A DNA stretch of 64,000 nt from contig CAVPLQ010000003.1 in NCBI GenBank assembly GCA_963706125.1, positions 471,571-535,570 on the forward strand. The letters are read 5' to 3'. Position 1 is the stretch's first letter; each line of letters opens with the position of its first letter. Both the position numbers and the translations under genes were made by a program. Shown here piece after piece: positions 48,586 through 60,000 of this stretch. Under the pieces are notes generated by a model that saw only the letters and a list, made by a program, of their open reading frames with translations, did no database searches and had not been told where the DNA came from. The DNA comes from an uncultured Flavobacteriales bacterium. Its GTDB lineage: Bacteria > Bacteroidota > Bacteroidia > Flavobacteriales_F > PHOS-HE28.

Positions 48586-50979
48586 ATGCGAAGCAGGTTG
48601 CGGAACTGGGCCGTTGCACACCGCCGTGGTCTTGGCATCGCGGCACTCGTATTGGTATTGCTCTTCGCATGGGCGAGATGGGGGCCGATGTCACCGCTCT
48701 TCGATGCACCCTGCTCCACGGTGGTGATGGACCGCGATGGGAACCTGCTCGGCGCAACTGTAGCAACGGACGGTCAATGGCGATTCCCGCCTGCTGGGCG
48801 GGTGCCGGAGCGCTTTGCCACCTGCCTCATCCAGTTTGAGGACCGGCATTTCCGCAGCCACTTCGGCATCCGGCCGCAGTCGTTGGTACGGGCATGGCAA
48901 CAGAACCGCAAGGCCGGACATGTGGTGAGCGGCGGCAGCACCTTGACCATGCAGGTAGCCCGGCTTGCACGTGAAAACCGAGGGCGCACTTACGGGGAGA
49001 AATCGATCGAGGCGTTGCTCGCGTTGCGGATCGAACTGCGCTGGGACAAGGACCGGATCTTGGCGTTCTTCGCGGACCATGCACCGTTCGGCGGCAACGT
49101 GGTGGGCCTGGACGCTGCAGCATGGCGCTACTATGGGCGCCCGGCGGAACGGTTGAGCTGGAGCGAAAGTGCAACCCTCGCCGTGCTCCCCAATGCTCCT
49201 TCGGCGATCTATCCCGGCAAAGGGCACGCCGCCCTGCGCGCGAAACGCGACCGGCTCTTGGACCGGCTGGTGCTCATCCATGCCATCGACAGCATGGAGT
49301 GGTCGTTGGCGAAAGAAGAGCCGTTGCCGGGCGCGACCAAGCCTCTGCCACAACGCGCGCCGCATCTGCTCACCACACTGAAAGCCATAGGCCATGAAGG
49401 CCAGCTTCTGCGGACCACGTTGCAAGGCCACCTACAGGACCGCGCTACCGAAGCCGCGGACCGCTATGCCTCCCGATTGGTCGCCAACGAAGTGCATAAC
49501 GCGGCGGCGATCATCGTGGACGTGCCCACCGGCGCCGTACTAGCGTATGTGGGCAACCTCAGCGGCGCCGGCCGCGATCACGCGGGCGACGTCGACATCC
49601 TCCGGGCACGGCGCAGCACCGGCAGCGTGCTGAAACCCTTCCTCTACGCGGACATGCTGCAGAGCGGGGAGCTTCTGCCGAACATGCTGCTGGCCGATAT
49701 CCCCACGCGCTACAACGACTTTTCGCCGCGCAACTACGATGAGCATTACAGCGGTGCCGTACCTGCTTCCGAAGCCCTGGCCCGCTCGCTGAACGTCCCC
49801 ACGGTGCGGGCCCTTCACACCCACGGCGTGGACCGCACCCTGCTGATGCTGCGTGCCATGGGCCTGAAGACCATTGACCGGAGCGCCGCCGATTATGGAT
49901 TGTCACTGATCGTGGGCGGTGCGGAATCCACACCGTGGGAATTGGCCGGTGCTTATGCCAGCATGGGCCGTGTGCTGGGCAACTATGGTCGGATGGGGAT
50001 GCCCTACCGGAAAGACGATATCCGTCCGCCGCATGTGTTGATGTCGGAAACTGCCCAGAGCGACAGCATTGCCGCACTCGACGGAACACCCACGCTCAGT
50101 GCCAGCTCCATCTACTTCACCCTGAAGGCGCTGCGGGAAGTTGCGAGGCCCGCGGACGAGCAGGGCTGGAGCCATTTCACCGGGCAGAAGCACATCGCCT
50201 GGAAGACCGGCACCAGCTACGGCCACCGCGACGCCTGGGCCATCGGGCTTACCGGTAAGTATTGCGTGGCGGTGTGGACGGGCAATGCCAGCGGCGAGGG
50301 ACGTCCCGGCCTCACGGGCACCTTGGCCGCCGCTCCCCTGCTCTTCGATCTTTTCGGCCTTCTACCGAACAGCCCTGCCTATGATCCGCCTTACGACGAA
50401 ATGGTACGGGCAGCCGTGTGCCGCACCACCGGCTTCCGTGCCGGTATCGATTGCCCGCAAGCGGACACCACACGGATCCCGCACGAGGGCATGCGCACGC
50501 CGGTCTGCCCCTACCATCGCCGTATTCTCTTGGACCCCACAGGCACTTGGCGGGTGAGCGGTGGCCAAGGAATCCCAACATCGTGGTTCGTGCTCCCACC
50601 CGGGATGGAATACTACTTCGCCCAGCGCAGCCCGAGCTACCGCCCGCTTCCTCCTTGGAAGGACGGCGCGCACAATGCGGACAGCCCCATGGAGATCCTC
50701 TATCCGGATGCCAATTCCACCTTGCTGATCCCGGTGCAATTGGACGGTAGCCGGGGGAACATGGTGGTGGAAGTGGCGCACCGCGACCCCAAGGCCACGC
50801 TGTTCTGGGACCTCGACCGCACCTTCCTCGGCACCACTGTCGGCGAGCATCGCATGGCACTTTCACCTGCGGACGGACCGCACCGATTAACTTTGACCGA
50901 CGGTGACGGCCATGTGCTGCACCGCTCTTTCACCATCGTCACCGGGGCCAAGAACGCCTCATCCACGCATGCTCCGTAA
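48586..50979 (+). CDS. pbpC: Penicillin-binding protein 1C (bifunctional transglycosylase/transpeptidase)
   Basis: GT51 motifs (QFEDRHF, GGSTLTMQ), transpeptidase STGSVLKP (SxxK), C-terminal PBP1C-specific domain. Confidence 0.92.
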   Translation: MRSRLRNWAVAHRRGLGIAALVLVLLFAWARWGPMSPLFDAPCSTVVMDRDGNLLGATVATDGQWRFPPAGRVPERFATCLIQFEDRHFRSHFGIRPQSLVRAWQQNRKAGHVVSGGSTLTMQVARLARENRGRTYGEKSIEALLALRIELRWDKDRILAFFADHAPFGGNVVGLDAAAWRYYGRPAERLSWSESATLAVLPNAPSAIYPGKGHAALRAKRDRLLDRLVLIHAIDSMEWSLAKEEPLPGATKPLPQRAPHLLTTLKAIGHEGQLLRTTLQGHLQDRATEAADRYASRLVANEVHNAAAIIVDVPTGAVLAYVGNLSGAGRDHAGDVDILRARRSTGSVLKPFLYADMLQSGELLPNMLLADIPTRYNDFSPRNYDEHYSGAVPASEALARSLNVPTVRALHTHGVDRTLLMLRAMGLKTIDRSAADYGLSLIVGGAESTPWELAGAYASMGRVLGNYGRMGMPYRKDDIRPPHVLMSETAQSDSIAALDGTPTLSASSIYFTLKALREVARPADEQGWSHFTGQKHIAWKTGTSYGHRDAWAIGLTGKYCVAVWTGNASGEGRPGLTGTLAAAPLLFDLFGLLPNSPAYDPPYDEMVRAAVCRTTGFRAGIDCPQADTTRIPHEGMRTPVCPYHRRILLDPTGTWRVSGGQGIPTSWFVLPPGMEYYFAQRSPSYRPLPPWKDGAHNADSPMEILYPDANSTLLIPVQLDGSRGNMVVEVAHRDPKATLFWDLDRTFLGTTVGEHRMALSPADGPHRLTLTDGDGHVLHRSFTIVTGAKNASSTHAP

Positions 50980-51490
50980 GCTCCTCTTTTCTTCCGCACT
51001 GCTGCTCGGCACCCTCCTCCACGCCCAGCCGGATTCGCTCTACATCACCGAGAACGGTGCCACCGTGGCCTACGCGGTCACCTATGCGCCCTTGCAAGGC
51101 TCAGTGAGCTACCTCCGCAAAGGCAAATACGCCTTTGATACCACGCGGGTGGCCGTGCAATTGAATTACAAGCGCGGCAAGCCCAGCGGCATTTACAGGG
51201 CCTTCTATCCGGACGGCAAGCAGCTCATCTTCGCGGTATACGGGTGGGGGTCCCTGCACGGCGACTGGTCGGAATACGACCCCACCGGCCGCATCACCGT
51301 GAAAGGCCAGTACCGCATGGGCAAACGCGACGGCACGTGGGCCTTCCGCGACCAAGGCATCGTGGGCCATTACAAGGAAGGCCGGAAGAACGGCAGTTGG
51401 AAGTACTTCCAGAACGGCAAGCTGGTGAAGAAGGAAAAATGGCGCAAGGGGGAGATCAAGCAGGGCGGTACGTTCCTGTTCGGGCTATAA
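50969..51490 (+). CDS. MORN-repeat-variant (YwqK-like) lipoprotein/secreted protein
   Basis: Signal MLRKLLFSSALLLGTLLHA. Repeated G.W..Y..G motifs (GKRDGTWAFRDQG, GRKNGSWKYFQNG). Overlaps the pbpC stop by 11 nt. Confidence 0.65.
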   Translation: MLRKLLFSSALLLGTLLHAQPDSLYITENGATVAYAVTYAPLQGSVSYLRKGKYAFDTTRVAVQLNYKRGKPSGIYRAFYPDGKQLIFAVYGWGSLHGDWSEYDPTGRITVKGQYRMGKRDGTWAFRDQGIVGHYKEGRKNGSWKYFQNGKLVKKEKWRKGEIKQGGTFLFGL

Positions 51491-51769
51491 GGAGATCGAC
51501 GATCAGGCACTTCGACCGAGCTCCGTGCAGGCGATCGGATAGTGAATGCTTTGGCCGCGACAATAGGCCGACGACCGTAAAAAACGGACCCTGCTTTTGC
51601 ATCCTTGGTGTTCTTTGTGGTAGAGCCTTCCATCATGCTTAACATCACTTAACCACGCTTCGGCCAACCTCTTTCCCGCGCTCTCGTTAAATTCGTGCGA
51701 TCCGGAAGATCTGTCGGATGCGTTGATCGGGGCCGATGCCCCATCTACCGACCTCCCCGCCTCCAGCAC

Positions 51770-53356
51770 ATGAAGAAGCTCCTTTTCGTCCTCGCCGTTC
51801 TTGCGGCTGTTCCTGCATTTTCACAGCCCAGCCCCGCCGCTACGAAGTTGCAGGCCCTGCTGTACCAGATCGAACACATGTACGTGGACAGTGTGGATGA
51901 CAACAAGCTGGTCAATTCCGCCATCGTGAGCATGCTCGCGGACCTGGACCCGCACAGCGTCTACATTCCGAAGGAGGACCTCGAGGAAGTGAACGAACCG
52001 CTGAAGGGCAACTTCGAGGGCGTCGGGATCCAGTTCAACATCGTGCGCGACACTATTTACGTCGTGGATGCCATCGCGAGCGGCCCCAGTGAGCGTGTAG
52101 GCATCCGAGCGGGCGACCGCATTGTGAAGGTGGACAGCGAAACCGTGGCCGGCACGGGCGTGAAGAACGCCGACGTGATCCGGTTGCTACGCGGCCCTAA
52201 AGGCACCAAGGTGAACGTCAGCGTGGTGCGCCACGGAGAGAAGGAAGCGTTGGACTTCACGATCACGCGGGACAAGATCCCCATTTACAGCGTGGAGGCG
52301 GCCTATATGGCGGCGCCGGGCGTGGGCTACATCAAAGTGAGCCGCTTCGGCGCCACCACCACCAAGGAATTCTCGGATAAGCTGGACATCCTGAAAAAAC
52401 AGGGCATGAAGGACCTCGTGCTCGACCTGCAAGGCAACGGCGGCGGATACCTGCGCGCGGCCCAGGAGATGGCGGACCAGTTCCTTGGCGACCGGAAGTT
52501 GATCGTATACACCGAGGGACGTACCTCTCCCCGCGAGGATCTGTACGCCTCGAAGGTCGGCAAATTCGAGAAAGGCCGGCTGGTGGTGATGGTGGACGAA
52601 GGCAGTGCCTCGGCCAGCGAGATCGTCACCGGCGCGATGCAGGATTGGGACCGTGCAGTGGTCGTCGGTCGTCGCTCCTTCGGAAAAGGTCTCGTGCAAC
52701 GTCCAGTGATGCTTCCGGACGGCTCCGCAGTGCGCCTCACGGTGGCACGCTATTACACGCCCAGCGGCCGCTGCATCCAGAAGTCCTATGCGGACGGGTT
52801 GGATGCGTATCGCCACGAAGGCATGGACCGCCTGCGCGACGGGGAACTCACCAGCGCGGACAGCATCCACATCCAGGACACCGTGAAGTACTACACCAAT
52901 AACAAGCGCATCGTTTATGGCGGCGGCGGTATCGTGCCGGACGTCTTCGTGCCCATCGACACCTCGCTCAGCTCCGCTTGGTTCGGCCAGCTCGTGCGCA
53001 AAGGCATCACCAATACCGCAGCGATCAACTACGTGGACAAGCACCGCGCGGACCTGCAGCGCCAGTACAAGGACGTGGACGCCTTCCGGAAGAACTTCAC
53101 CGTGGGCCCCGACCTGACCAGTGCCATGGAGAAACTGGCTGAAGAGGCCAAGATCGAGCCGGACAGCGCGGGCATGGCCCGCTCCCAACGCTTGGTGGAC
53201 CTCCGGCTGAAGGCGCTGATCGCCCGGGACGTATGGAACACCTCGGCCTATTGGCAAGTGATCAATGCGGACAATCCGGTGGACCTCAGCTATGAGGAGG
53301 CCTTACGCGTGATCACCGACGATGAGCTACAGCGCACCAAGCTGGCGGAACGCTGA
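51770..53356 (+). CDS. S41 family C-terminal processing peptidase
   Basis: Signal peptide, PDZ domain (GIRAGDRIVKVD), catalytic GSASASE (Ser) and K in the LVQRP region. Confidence 0.9.
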   Translation: MKKLLFVLAVLAAVPAFSQPSPAATKLQALLYQIEHMYVDSVDDNKLVNSAIVSMLADLDPHSVYIPKEDLEEVNEPLKGNFEGVGIQFNIVRDTIYVVDAIASGPSERVGIRAGDRIVKVDSETVAGTGVKNADVIRLLRGPKGTKVNVSVVRHGEKEALDFTITRDKIPIYSVEAAYMAAPGVGYIKVSRFGATTTKEFSDKLDILKKQGMKDLVLDLQGNGGGYLRAAQEMADQFLGDRKLIVYTEGRTSPREDLYASKVGKFEKGRLVVMVDEGSASASEIVTGAMQDWDRAVVVGRRSFGKGLVQRPVMLPDGSAVRLTVARYYTPSGRCIQKSYADGLDAYRHEGMDRLRDGELTSADSIHIQDTVKYYTNNKRIVYGGGGIVPDVFVPIDTSLSSAWFGQLVRKGITNTAAINYVDKHRADLQRQYKDVDAFRKNFTVGPDLTSAMEKLAEEAKIEPDSAGMARSQRLVDLRLKALIARDVWNTSAYWQVINADNPVDLSYEEALRVITDDELQRTKLAER

Positions 53357-53473
53357 GCGAAGGGCTTCATTCCATGCCCTGAGGATCAAAATACCTGTTA
53401 ATTGACGGAGCGTTGATGGCACTGACCCCATCGCTTCCCCTACTTTCGCGCCAAGCATCCAACACATAACGAA

Positions 53474-54004
53474 ATGAAGGAGAACATCAAGATCGCCCTG
53501 CTGGCCATCATCGCTGCCACCGTGGTCTTCATGGCCGTTGACCAGCGAAAGGCCGCTACCACCGTCCCCACATTCGCCCCATTACCGGCCGCAGCGAAAA
53601 CGCCACCGGTCTCCTCGGCGGCCAAGAGCACCTTCGACCCCCTGACGCCGCCCGCACCGATGCCCCCATCGGGCTATGAAGGTCCCACGACGACCATCGG
53701 TTACGCTGCGGCCACCCACGATTTCGGTAAGATCAAACAGGACAGCGAGAACAAGTACGTATTCAAGTTCACCAACACGGGCAAAGAACCCTTGGTGATC
53801 ACCAACGCCGTGGGTAGCTGCGGCTGTACCGTCCCCGACTATCCCAAGCACCCCATCGCCCCGGGTGAGAGCGGCGACCTCAGCATAGTTTACAAGCCGG
53901 GCAAGCAGGAAGGGCAGCAGAACAAAACCGTGACGGTTACGGCGAATACCGAGCCGAGCCAGACCGTGCTGCGCATTACCGCGGACGTTCAGAAAGTGAA
54001 TTGA
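53474..54004 (+). CDS. DUF1573 domain protein
   Basis: N-terminal TM anchor, Pro-rich linker, DUF1573 core with GSCGCT motif. Confidence 0.75.
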   Translation: MKENIKIALLAIIAATVVFMAVDQRKAATTVPTFAPLPAAAKTPPVSSAAKSTFDPLTPPAPMPPSGYEGPTTTIGYAAATHDFGKIKQDSENKYVFKFTNTGKEPLVITNAVGSCGCTVPDYPKHPIAPGESGDLSIVYKPGKQEGQQNKTVTVTANTEPSQTVLRITADVQKVN

Positions 54005-54107
54005 GGCGCTTCGCTCCGTAGTTGTCAGTTGTTGGTTGTCAGTTGTCCGGCTGCATTGCAGGGCGACGGGCTTTCGCGGACATCTCAAGGCTACCCTGAC
54101 AACCAAG

Positions 54108-56312
54108 TCAATGGTGCAGCGGAAGCTCGATCACATGCGGAGGGGCATCCATGCCCACCAGATCCATTTCATCCACTAAGTGTCGCCCCCCGAGGTACTT
54201 GTCGATGATGAACAGCACGTACTTGATGTCCACCGAGATGTTGCGGCACTTGGCGGGATCGAAGAGGATGTCGCTCATGGTGCTTTCCCAGGTGCGGTCG
54301 AAGTTGATGCCGATCAGTTCGCCTTTGCCGTTGAAGACGGGGCTGCCGCTGTTTCCACCGGTGGTGTGCAGGGAGGAAAGGAAGCAAGTGCGTATCTCGC
54401 CGTCCGTTGCATAGGGACCATAGTCTTTGGCGTTGTACAGATCGATGAGTTTTTGCGGGGCGGTGAACTCGGGATCGCCGGGAATATTCTTTCCCATCAC
54501 ACCGATCAGGGTGGTGTAAGGCAGATAGGCGATACCGTCCCGTGGATAGGTTCCTTCCACCTTGCCATAGCTTAGGCGCAGCGTGAGGTTCGCATCCGGC
54601 CACCAGGTCTTTTCAGGGAACAACGTGACCAGCCCTTTGGACCATGCACGCAATGCGGCGTCCAGGCTGTCACTGATGGCATTGTAGCGTGGGGCCACCT
54701 TTTCCGCATAGGTCGAACTGTACGACTTACCCAACCGGTAGGCCGGGTCCTCGGCCATGCGCTTGGCGCTCTTTTTGGAATAACCGTCGAGGAGTCGGAA
54801 GAGCTTCACACTATCGGCAAAGACGCTGCGGGCGTAGAGATCATCCGCATAACGCTTGGTATCCCCATTGAACTTGCCGTCCACGACCTGTAGCTCGGGC
54901 GGGGCAAGCGATGGTACTTGCTGTTGAAGGACAATGGGCAATTGCGCGGCGAAGACATCATGGTCCACCGCGGCGTTGTAGTTCTTGAGGAAGGCACTTG
55001 CGTTTGCTCTCAACCGCTTCACCTCGGCATCGGCCACGGCCTTCGTGCTCGTATCGCGGCCTTCGATCAGCTTAGTGAAGCCCATGGCAAAGCGCGGCAG
55101 GTCGGCACCGGTGTAGATGAATTCACTGAACAGGTTGCGCGCCCGCGCATAGGGCATCTGATCAGTATACAGCTTCTCCAATCGCGGCAGGATCCCGGCA
55201 TACTCCGGCATGCCTTCGGACCTGCGGAGAAATTCGGCTTCCTCGGCCTGCTTCTTTCCTACGGCGTCCAGTTCTTTCAGGCCGCGGACCTCGCCCTGCC
55301 ACTTCTTCCAACCGTTGGCGATACGGCGTTGCCGGGAAGCGTACTGCAGCTTGGTGGCCTCGCTGGCGTTCATAGCGGCATCGATCACGTTGAGGCTTGC
55401 GGTACGCATGGTGATGCGGAGCGGGTCGTCATCCTCCATCACCTGCTTCACGGCGAAGCTGGGGATGTAATACTCCGTGGAACCGGGGAAGCCGAAGATC
55501 ATGGCGAACTCGCCTTCCTGCGCGCCGGACATGTCGATAGTGAAGGCGCGGTGCGGCGTGAAGGGTTTGTTCCCGGCGGCATGTTCCTCAGGCTCGTTTT
55601 CCGGTGAGGCGTAGATGCGGAAGACGCTGAAGTCCCCGGTGTGCCGGGGCCACATCCAGTTGTCGGTATCGCCGCCGAACTCGCCGATGCCTGCGGGCGG
55701 GGCGGCCACGAGGCGGATATCGCGGAAGGTCTCGCTGACGATGAGGAACCAGCTGTTGCCGTAGTTGAACGGACGGACCACGGCATCCCGCAACGTGCCT
55801 TTCACGGCCTCCGAAGCGATCGCATCCCCTTCGCGCCGCGCAATGGCATCGCGCTCCTCCTCTCCCATTCCCGGTTTCAGCAGCGCGTTGATACGGTCCG
55901 AGACATCCTCCATGCGCACTATAAAGGTGACGGAGAGGCCTGGGCTAGGCAGCTCATCAGCTAGCGTGGCGGCCATGAAACCATCGCGGAGGTAGTTGTG
56001 TTCCAGCGTACTGTGGGCCTGGATCGCGCTGTGGCCGCAATGGTGGTTGGTGAGGATGAGGCCCTGTGTGCTGACCACCTCGGCCGTGCAACCGCCGCCG
56101 AACAGGGCGACGGCATCTTTCAGCGATCCGTTATTGATGCTGTAGATGTCCTCCGCGGAGATCTGCAACCCTTCCGTGCGCATGTCGCCCTCGATGGCCT
56201 TGAGCAGCGTAGGGACCCACATGCCTTCGTGGGCGCGAGCGGGTGTGGTACCAACGGTGGAGGCAATAGAAACGGAGAGAACGAGGAGGATGAAGGAGCG
56301 TGCGTGCGACAT
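54108..56312 (-). CDS. S46 family dipeptidyl-peptidase (DPP7/DPP11-like)
   Basis: Signal at MSHARSFILLVLSVSIAS. HEGMWVP N-terminal motif, His in TNHHCG, catalytic Ser in GGNSGSPV. Confidence 0.92.
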   Translation of the reverse strand: MSHARSFILLVLSVSIASTVGTTPARAHEGMWVPTLLKAIEGDMRTEGLQISAEDIYSINNGSLKDAVALFGGGCTAEVVSTQGLILTNHHCGHSAIQAHSTLEHNYLRDGFMAATLADELPSPGLSVTFIVRMEDVSDRINALLKPGMGEEERDAIARREGDAIASEAVKGTLRDAVVRPFNYGNSWFLIVSETFRDIRLVAAPPAGIGEFGGDTDNWMWPRHTGDFSVFRIYASPENEPEEHAAGNKPFTPHRAFTIDMSGAQEGEFAMIFGFPGSTEYYIPSFAVKQVMEDDDPLRITMRTASLNVIDAAMNASEATKLQYASRQRRIANGWKKWQGEVRGLKELDAVGKKQAEEAEFLRRSEGMPEYAGILPRLEKLYTDQMPYARARNLFSEFIYTGADLPRFAMGFTKLIEGRDTSTKAVADAEVKRLRANASAFLKNYNAAVDHDVFAAQLPIVLQQQVPSLAPPELQVVDGKFNGDTKRYADDLYARSVFADSVKLFRLLDGYSKKSAKRMAEDPAYRLGKSYSSTYAEKVAPRYNAISDSLDAALRAWSKGLVTLFPEKTWWPDANLTLRLSYGKVEGTYPRDGIAYLPYTTLIGVMGKNIPGDPEFTAPQKLIDLYNAKDYGPYATDGEIRTCFLSSLHTTGGNSGSPVFNGKGELIGINFDRTWESTMSDILFDPAKCRNISVDIKYVLFIIDKYLGGRHLVDEMDLVGMDAPPHVIELPLHH

Positions 56313-56414
56313 CTGGTTTTTTCGGATGAGGTCGTTGGCCAAGATAACCGCACCCGTGGAATATGGACGCCTGCACGTCTTTGGCCATGCGCATCCGGTT
56401 GTTACCTTACCACC

Positions 56415-56777
56415 ATGGACACCCGACTTTACCGGCTGCAACGGATGTTGCGCCTGAAGCATCCACGGTACCACAACCGCGAACGGTTGACGTTACGGGA
56501 CCATTTGGCCTTGGAGCGCACGCGCTTGGGCAATGAACGGACCCTGTTGAGCTACATCCGCTCATCGCTGTACCTATTGATCGGCGGCATCGCCTTGGTG
56601 CAGTTGGAAGGCCACGGGAACCTCCATTATGTGGGCTACCTGGCCTTGACCTTTTGCGTGGTCTCCCTAGCGGTGGGGTATTACCGTTTCCATCGGCTGC
56701 GGAGGCAACTGGACCGGTACTACACCATTCCAGTGAGAAAGCAAGCCGGGCGTAAGGATCCCGCCGACGGAGCATGA
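56415..56777 (+). CDS. DUF202 (YidH-like) small membrane protein
   Basis: LALERTRLGNERTLLSYIRSSL motif and two TM helices. In-frame ATG at 56415. Confidence 0.7.
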   Translation: MDTRLYRLQRMLRLKHPRYHNRERLTLRDHLALERTRLGNERTLLSYIRSSLYLLIGGIALVQLEGHGNLHYVGYLALTFCVVSLAVGYYRFHRLRRQLDRYYTIPVRKQAGRKDPADGA

Positions 56778-57041
56778 ATTTTCGCTCAGCGATACCCAGC
56801 AGTGGTTCGTCGACGAGAACCAATTCTTCGTCCCACCCAAAATGGAACTTAGTCGGATCCATGCCGTATGAGCCTATCGACCATGGTGCCCGATGTTCCG
56901 TTCGGCACCCCTGTAAACGTATAAGCTCCTATTTTGAACCGCATCTCCGCAAACTGTTGCACAGGACTGGATCGCCTTCTTGGCATCGGGTTCTTTGCGC
57001 ATCAGAACCGCCTGCTCAACCGCGTTCGAACGTGGGCGCTC

Positions 57042-60000
57042 ATGGTGGTCGGGGGCCTCTCCGTGGTATCTTGGACACCAAGTGCCTCGGCCCAAACACC
57101 AGATGGTTGGGCCTGGTCCAGCAAACTGGCCACTAGCCAGATCGAGTTCGCTTCGAGCATCGCCGTAGACTCACTGAACAACGCTGTATACACGGCCGGA
57201 CAGGCGGAGAACGGATTCAGCGGCATACTGGGCGGCCCTTGGTCCGTGTTGTTCGGCAGCAACACGGGCAGTGATGGATATTTGGTAAAACAGACCTTGG
57301 ACGGTGCCGTGCTATGGCGGATCGTCTTGGGCGGAGACGGAAGCGACGGCATTACCGGAGTCTGTACCGATATGCAGGGCCGTGTCTACGTGACGGGCTA
57401 TTGCTCCGGGACCAATGCCTCCTTCACCGGTCCGACCGGTAGTATCCAGACAATGTCCTCCGCCGGGGGGGAGGACATCTTCGTAGCCTGTTACAATGCG
57501 AACGGTGCGCTGCAATGGAAGATAAAAGCTGGTGGGGCCGGAAACGACAGGGGTAATGGGATCTGCTATGCGAACGGGCAGGTCTTTGTGGGCGGTTCCC
57601 TTCGTGGCCCCAACCTCATTGCCGGTATGAGCACGCCTGCATCGATGCCGGGGAATACGAACATCGACCATGCGTTCCTAGTGGCTTTGCAGGCCACTGA
57701 TGGTGCCGGCCAATGGATAGAAGCTGGTTTCAACGGGGAGAACAGCGCGTTCAACGCGGTCGCCACCGACGGCACCCAGGTCTTTGCACTTGGCGTCCAC
57801 AAAGGCACTGCATACACCTATGGAAGCAGCACCGGCCCAGCTACCCTCCCATTAGTGACCACCGGGAACAACCTGAGCGCGGATGTGCTGGCCGTAAGCA
57901 CCACGGGCCAGCTGAACTGGACCCAATCGGTGGCGAACCCCGGAAGCGATAATATCAATGCGCTGGGGCTGGCTGCCTCAAGTACCGCGGTCTACATCTC
58001 CGGAAGCAGCCATAATAATTCCATTTTCCCCGGCACCATGGTGGTGGCCGGTACCGGAAACCCACATGACTATGGCTACCTCGCAAAGTTGAACAAGACC
58101 AGCGGTCAGACCGTTTGGGTGCGCACGTTCACCGGTTCGAGCAACCATGCTCAAGTGGGCCGCGCCTTGGCCACGGACAGCCATGGCGACGTCCTGCTTG
58201 CGGGCACATACAAACAGTACCTCACATTGCCGAATAGCACCTCGCTCAGCGGTGAGGATGACGTACAGGTCTTTGTGTCCAAATTCAACGGCAGTGGAAC
58301 CCTCAAGTGGGCGATCACACCCAGCGGGGATGAAAATGACCTGCCGAACGGGGTAGCGCTGGACGGCAGTGGTGGTGTTTACGTGGCAGGCAGCTATCAG
58401 AATGAGATCACCTTCAACACGTTCTTTTCCGACGACGACTCGGAAAATTTATTCGTTGCCAAGCTGCACGACCTGGACTTCGATGTGGCCGAATTCCGCG
58501 ATCCTTCCAGGTTCATCGCTCCGGGACCCTTCTGCCGGACGGATGGCCCGTTGAACCTTACCTCCCTCCTGATACCGGAAAGATCGGGATCTGGCATTGC
58601 CGTATTCTCCTCTTCCGGGATCGGGTCCAACGGATCCAACGGGCCGGGAGGTGCCTTGGGCCAAATGCCCGGTGGTGTGGCCGTTTTCGACAATTCAGGC
58701 GATCAGATCGTGATCGATCTGGGCAACACGATCCCTGTCGGGGAAAAGTTGATCATCCGCTGGAGAAGTACGGGCGGTGCAGCGATAATGAATGTGCAAG
58801 GCTCATTTGCCGGGGCGGGCGGGTTCACCGATCACGGCATGATCACCACCGGTTCCACGGTGATGGTTTTGAGCGCTGTCGTGGCAACGGCACCGATGCG
58901 CTTCGTCAAACTGACACGTGCAGGTAGTACCACCTGTGAAGTGGACGGTGTATTCTACAATTTCGGAAGCGCGACCGACGGCACCTGGTCCGGGGACGGT
59001 GTTACCGGCACCACCTTCGATCCCTCGGGGCTCAGCGGCAATGCGAATATCACCTATACGGCAAATGGTCGTAGCACTACGCAGACCGTTGTTGTTGCCA
59101 CAGTGCCTGTCGGTGGGGCTTTGACGGGAGGGAATGTGTGCCCCGGCAGCGCGTTCACCGCCACATTGACCGGTCAAAGCGCAGGCGCAGTGTACTGGAG
59201 CACGTCGCTCGACAATGGGGGGACCTGGCAGGTTCAGGGTCCACTTGGTGCAACGTTCACTATTTCTTCCGTTACCCAAACCACATTGCTCAAGGCGCAG
59301 GTCAATGATCCGCCATGCCCGGCAGGCATCAGCAACGTGGTGACGATAACGGCCTTGGACAATACCCCGCCGACCATCACCTGCCCCGCGAACGTGCTGG
59401 CCACGACCAACAGCGGTTGCACCGCCACGGGAGTGAACTTGGGCACACCGACCGCCAGCGACAACTGCACGGGTGTCACGGTGACCAACAATGCTCCCTC
59501 GGCCTTCCCCAAAGGGAGCACCACAGTGATCTGGACCGCCACCGACGCCAGCGGGAATACCGAAACCTGTACCCAGACCGTGACGGTGACCGACAACATT
59601 CCGCCGACCATCACATGCCCCGCGAGCGTGCTGGCCTACACCAACAGCGGTTGCACCGCCACGGGCGTGAACTTGGGCACACCGACCGCCAGCGACAACT
59701 GCACGGGTGTCACGGTGACCAACAATGCTCCCTCGGCCTTCCCCAAAGGAACCAACACGGTGACCTGGACCGCCACCGACGCCAGCGGGAATACCGCAAC
59801 CTGTACCCAGACCGTGACGGTGACCGACAACATTCCGCCTGACATCTCTTGTTCGGCGAACATCACCGTGAACGCGGCGGGCGGAACTTGTGGTCAGGCC
59901 GTTACCTATACCGCCCCTGTCGGTACGGACAACTGTTCCGGCGTTGCCACCGCGCGAACTGCGGGCATTGCATCCGGCGCAACCTTCCCCGTCGGGGTGA

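Noticed and set aside
54005-54107. Repeated gttgtcagttgt motif and an 11-bp inverted repeat (ttggttgtcag / ctgacaaccaa) between the convergent DUF1573 and S46 peptidase genes.
   Set aside because: Most simply a convergent-gene terminator structure. There is no evidence for anything more, and it is too short to be a mobile element.
56925-57041. Alternative upstream TTG start (56934) for the giant HYR protein, giving a canonical RVR-hydrophobic signal peptide.
   Set aside because: Not rejected outright. Reported in the feature note, but ATG 57042 is used as the conservative start because TTG starts cannot be validated from sequence alone.
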